Origin: Nitrospirota bacterium
GTDB taxonomy: Bacteria > Nitrospirota > Thermodesulfovibrionia > Thermodesulfovibrionales > UBA9159
Assembly: GCA_037441365.1 (NCBI GenBank)
Contig: JBBISG010000005.1
Location: 1-62,529, forward strand
Length of the DNA: 62,529 nt
Reading direction: 5' to 3'
Shown here: piece by piece, positions 58,964 through 62,529 of the stretch
How the letters are laid out: each line of letters opens with the position of its first letter
Numbering within the stretch: position 1 is the first letter of the stretch
Made by a program: the position numbers and the translations under genes
The notes under the pieces: model-generated
What the model was told of the DNA's origin: nothing
Seen by the model: the letters and a program-made list of their open reading frames with translations, nothing else
The model's database searches: none

Positions 58964-60535
58964 ATGTCAAAGAAGATACTGGTCAGGGGCGTAAACTGGA
59001 TAGGCGATGCTGTAATGTCGCTGCCTGCATTGAAGGCATTGAGAAAGGCATGCCCTGAATCCTCCATCTCCCTTCTTGTAAGACCCTCCATCGCACCCAT
59101 CTTTGATAGAAACCCGGATATTGATGAGATTATATTGTATGGTGAGGAGTTTAAAGGGATAACCGGAAGGCTCAGGCTTGCGGGGGTATTGAGAGGGAAG
59201 GGTTTTTCAAAAGCTATCCTATTTCAGAATGCCTTTGACGCAGCTTTAATAGCCTTTCTTGCAGGAATCCCCGAAAGGGTAGGGTATAACAGGGATGGAA
59301 GGGGACTGCTTTTGACAGGGCCTATCACCTTTGACAATGAAGATAGGCGGGTGCACCACAGAGATTATTATCTCGATCTCCTGACAAAGGCAGGCATCTC
59401 AGATTCAAAACCGAATCCCCCTATTGCACCATGGATTTATCTGTCCTTAGAAGAACGGTTGTCGGCGCGGAATGTCCTGTCCCGATTGAAAAGACCGATA
59501 CTCGGGATAAACCCCGGCGCTGCCTATGGCCCTGCAAAACGCTGGTATCCTGAAAGGTTTGCGAGGGTAGCGAATTGGTTCATTAACGATACGGGCGGAG
59601 GTGTGGTAATCTTTGGAGGTAAAGATGATCTCAGTACTGCTGAGGAAATAGAAATTAAAATAAGAGTTTGGAGTGATCAGAGTTCTGTCCGTCGGCCTCA
59701 TAACTTCCTAACATCCCATCTCCTGAATCTATCAGGGAAAACATCCCTCAGAGGGCTCATCTCTCTGATCTCGGAATGCGATATCCTCCTTTCAAATGAT
59801 TCTGGTCCCATGCACATCGCCTATGCGGTCGGGACACCCTTAGCAGTCATATTCGGCTCTACGGACCCGAAACTGACCGGCCCTGTGAATGGGGCTAATG
59901 TTGTGCTCAAGGCTGATCTCGCCTGCAGTCCCTGTTTTGAGCGGACCTGCAGGAATAATGATATGAGGTGCATGAACGATATAACCCCGGATGATGCCTG
60001 CTCAGCCATCAAAAGGCTATTGCCAGAGAGACCTGCTGTCTTTTTTGACAGGGATGGTACATTATGTAGAGATACAGGTTATCTAAACAGATGGGAAGAT
60101 TTTAAAGTATTTCCTGAAATTAGTAGCATTAATATCCTGAAAAATAAGGGTTTTCTTCTAATTGGTGTTAGCAATCAATCGGGTGTGGCGAAGGGGCTTG
60201 TTGATGAGTCCTTTGTAAAAATGGTAAACAGGGTTTTCATTGAAGGGTATGGCTTTGATGATTTTTATTATTGTCCCCATCATCCTGATGAGCACTGCCC
60301 GTGCAGAAAGCCTGAGCCAGGTATGCTTTTTGAGGCGAGGGAAGGACACAGAATTGATCTAAAAGCATCCTATGTTGTTGGAGACAAGGACTCAGATATG
60401 ATTCTTGCGAAGTCTGTGGGTGCTAAGGGCATCTTTGTCCTGACAGGACAGCAAGAAGAATCATCCCATGCTGATTTTGTTGCAAAAGACTTAAAAGTTG
60501 CGGTAGATTTTATTGTCAGGGATAGAGGATTGTGA
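58964..60535 (+). CDS. waaF: LPS heptosyltransferase II fused to D,D-heptose 1,7-bisphosphate phosphatase (WaaF-GmhB)
   Basis: NWIGDAVM, NDSGPMH; then FFDRDGT, SNQSG, CPHHP..CPCRKP, VGDK. Confidence 0.9.
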   Translation: MSKKILVRGVNWIGDAVMSLPALKALRKACPESSISLLVRPSIAPIFDRNPDIDEIILYGEEFKGITGRLRLAGVLRGKGFSKAILFQNAFDAALIAFLAGIPERVGYNRDGRGLLLTGPITFDNEDRRVHHRDYYLDLLTKAGISDSKPNPPIAPWIYLSLEERLSARNVLSRLKRPILGINPGAAYGPAKRWYPERFARVANWFINDTGGGVVIFGGKDDLSTAEEIEIKIRVWSDQSSVRRPHNFLTSHLLNLSGKTSLRGLISLISECDILLSNDSGPMHIAYAVGTPLAVIFGSTDPKLTGPVNGANVVLKADLACSPCFERTCRNNDMRCMNDITPDDACSAIKRLLPERPAVFFDRDGTLCRDTGYLNRWEDFKVFPEISSINILKNKGFLLIGVSNQSGVAKGLVDESFVKMVNRVFIEGYGFDDFYYCPHHPDEHCPCRKPEPGMLFEAREGHRIDLKASYVVGDKDSDMILAKSVGAKGIFVLTGQQEESSHADFVAKDLKVAVDFIVRDRGL

Positions 60536-61557
60536 AAATTGTTCTGCCCAGGAAAATTCTAATTGTCAAACCGAGTTCTCTCGGTGATATAGTCCACAGC
60601 CTGCCAGTTTTAAATACCCTTAACAGATGTTTCCCTGATGCAGAGATACACTGGGTTGTAGCGAGAGGATTCGAGGGCATCCTCGAAGGCCACCCTATGG
60701 TAAAAAGGCTCTGGATCATTAACAAGGATGGGTGGAGGAATATTAAAAGGACCGGTGCTACGATTTCAGAATTAAGAAGGCTCTTTAAAGACCTGAAGGG
60801 TGAGAGGTTCGATTATGTCATCGACCTTCAGGGACTCTTCAGAAGCGGACTCATCACGAAGGCAACAGGGGCACCAGTCCGCATTGGTTTTATGGAGGCG
60901 AGGGAGGGTAGCACTGTATTCTATACACATACAGTTGCAGGAGGCAGGGATATTCATGCGGTCGACAGATATCTCAAGATAGTGGGTTTCCTCGGATGCA
61001 CTATAAATAGCGTGCGGTTTCCCTTCCCACCCACTTCAAACTCGCTATCTATTACCCTTTATTCTTTACTTTCCGGAGATTATGCAGTTATCGCCCCTGC
61101 TGCACGGAGGCAGGCCAACAGATGGCCTGCTGTCAGATTTGGAGAGGTGGCATCGCTTCTGCCAGTTAAGACAGTGGTTATAGGCAGCGAGAGTGATAGG
61201 TCTCTTGCCGATAAGGTTGTTGCTGCATCGAAGGGGATGTCGGTCTCTATTGCAGGAAGGACAGATCTGAAAGGTCTGATCGAGGTCATTAAAGGTGCCA
61301 GGTTTATGGTCTGTAATGATTCAGGCCCGATGCATATTGCAGCGGCCCTCGGTATCCGTGTCTTCGCGATATTCGGGCCAACCAATCCTGTCAGGACAGG
61401 CCCGTATGGTAATAACCATGTCATCTTTCGAAGGGAACTTTTCTGTTCTCCATGTTATAAAAAGACTTGCAAAACTCATAAATGCCTTGATATGATTGAT
61501 GCTATGGAGGTCGCTGATACAATAAATAAATTTTTAGAAGGAGATAGGGATAAATGA
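60532..61557 (+). CDS. waaC: LPS heptosyltransferase I (GT9)
   Basis: KPSSLGDIVH, DLQGLFRS, NDSGPMH. Confidence 0.8.
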   Translation: MKIVLPRKILIVKPSSLGDIVHSLPVLNTLNRCFPDAEIHWVVARGFEGILEGHPMVKRLWIINKDGWRNIKRTGATISELRRLFKDLKGERFDYVIDLQGLFRSGLITKATGAPVRIGFMEAREGSTVFYTHTVAGGRDIHAVDRYLKIVGFLGCTINSVRFPFPPTSNSLSITLYSLLSGDYAVIAPAARRQANRWPAVRFGEVASLLPVKTVVIGSESDRSLADKVVAASKGMSVSIAGRTDLKGLIEVIKGARFMVCNDSGPMHIAAALGIRVFAIFGPTNPVRTGPYGNNHVIFRRELFCSPCYKKTCKTHKCLDMIDAMEVADTINKFLEGDRDK

Positions 61558-62003
61558 AGAAACCGCATGTTTTATCGATAGTATTTGTTTTAGCTATGTT
61601 TTCCCTGCTCTTTGCATCTATCGAAATAAGATGGTTCTCGCTTAAGGAAGGCATGGAAAAAGCAAGGGCTGAAAAAAAACCTGTAATTGTTGATTTCTTT
61701 TTTGGGAAAGGGTGCCCGAGATGCGAGGCTATTCAAAAGGCAGTATACGAAAATCCATCTATTGCCAAGAAGATAATGGATGACTTTATCCCGGTAAAGA
61801 TTGATCTGACAGGGAAACTTACAGAGGAAGAGGAAAGACTTGGAAATCAATATGACTTTAAGAACGACTGCCTACTGCTGTTCCTTGACCACAATGGCAA
61901 TGTCATTAAAGACCCTCTCGGAAAGAGACTATGCTTTGTTGACAACATAGAGCCTGAGTGGTTTGTCAGATACCTTGACACGGTAATGTCAAATTATAGA
62001 TAA
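61554..62003 (+). CDS. Secreted thioredoxin-family protein
   Basis: Signal peptide, KPVIVDF...CPRC. Confidence 0.8.
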   Translation: MKKPHVLSIVFVLAMFSLLFASIEIRWFSLKEGMEKARAEKKPVIVDFFFGKGCPRCEAIQKAVYENPSIAKKIMDDFIPVKIDLTGKLTEEEERLGNQYDFKNDCLLLFLDHNGNVIKDPLGKRLCFVDNIEPEWFVRYLDTVMSNYR

Positions 62004-62101
62004 TTACTGCCGAGGCAAAAATTAATGAATGGGAGTCCTTGACTCTCAGCGGCTGCTACTGGGGGGGAGCGGCCTTCAGTAAAATTCCTATGGAGGGTCT
62101 C

Positions 62102-62529
62102 ATGGAAGAGGTTCAGTCAGGGAGTATTTTAATCCTGCTAACAGGTGTTCTTGTTGGTGTTGCATTCGGGTTTGTGCTCCAGCGTGGTCGTTACTGTTCA
62201 AATTCGGCCTTTCGAGACATAATCTTTATTAACGATTACACACTTTTCAGGGCCTATCTACTTGCTCTGATGATAGCGATACTCGGAGCAAACCTCTTAG
62301 AAGACTTGGGTTTTATGGGTGATGGCCTGAGGAGACAGGTCTTTGCTCCGGTAGGAAACATCATCGGTGGGTATCTCTTTGGAATGGGGATTGTGCTTGC
62401 AGGAGGATGTGGTAGTGGTGTCCTCTACAGGATCGGAGAAGGTCTCGTAGCAGCCCTTTTTGCCACTCTCGGATTTGTTATCGGAATAGTAACAACTACA
62501 AAGGGAGTCTTGAGCCCAGTCTACAAATT
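62102..62529 (+). CDS. Second YeeE/YedE family protein (partial, runs off window)
   Basis: Manual translation MEEVQSG...FGFVLQRGRYCSNSAFRD...LAGGCGSGVLYRIGEG; GGAGG RBS. Confidence 0.88.
   Translation, partial: MEEVQSGSILILLTGVLVGVAFGFVLQRGRYCSNSAFRDIIFINDYTLFRAYLLALMIAILGANLLEDLGFMGDGLRRQVFAPVGNIIGGYLFGMGIVLAGGCGSGVLYRIGEGLVAALFATLGFVIGIVTTTKGVLSPVYK

Overview
A 62.5 kb bacterial chromosomal window, mostly about 45-50% GC. Gene content and style suggest an anaerobic sulfur-cycling Nitrospirota (Thermodesulfovibrionia-like) or Desulfobacterota organism; this is inference only. Housekeeping blocks: Mo-cofactor genes, amiC, guaB-guaA-ispA-dxs, purM, yceD-rpmF-plsX-fabH, nfeD/SPFH, xerC-hslVU, rlpA, waaF-gmhB and waaC. 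Two accessory systems stand out. (1) At 10.0-24.9 kb, a sigma54-controlled sulfur-relay cluster (periplasmic rhodanese, YeeE, two TusA, DsrE/F/H-like proteins) is interleaved with a glycosylation/radical-SAM module and its own kinase plus NtrC-type activator. Three -24/-12 promoters and shared TGT-N10-ACA enhancer palindromes are visible. (2) At 38.7-47.9 kb, a PhcB-like methyltransferase, a dedicated FabG/KS-CLF/FabZ/KS set, a second methyltransferase and a multi-TM hybrid sensor kinase form a candidate fatty-acid-methyl-ester quorum-sensing system. Its second methyltransferase and receptor TM domain lie in an AT-rich, apparently swapped cassette. Also present: a 73-bp inverted repeat pair about 21 kb apart, in-frame heptamer-repeat insertions in several conserved genes, a heme-c sensor kinase lacking its H-box His, and several pseudogenes. 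No rRNA, tRNA or CRISPR array was recognised. All assignments come from motif recognition; no searches were run.
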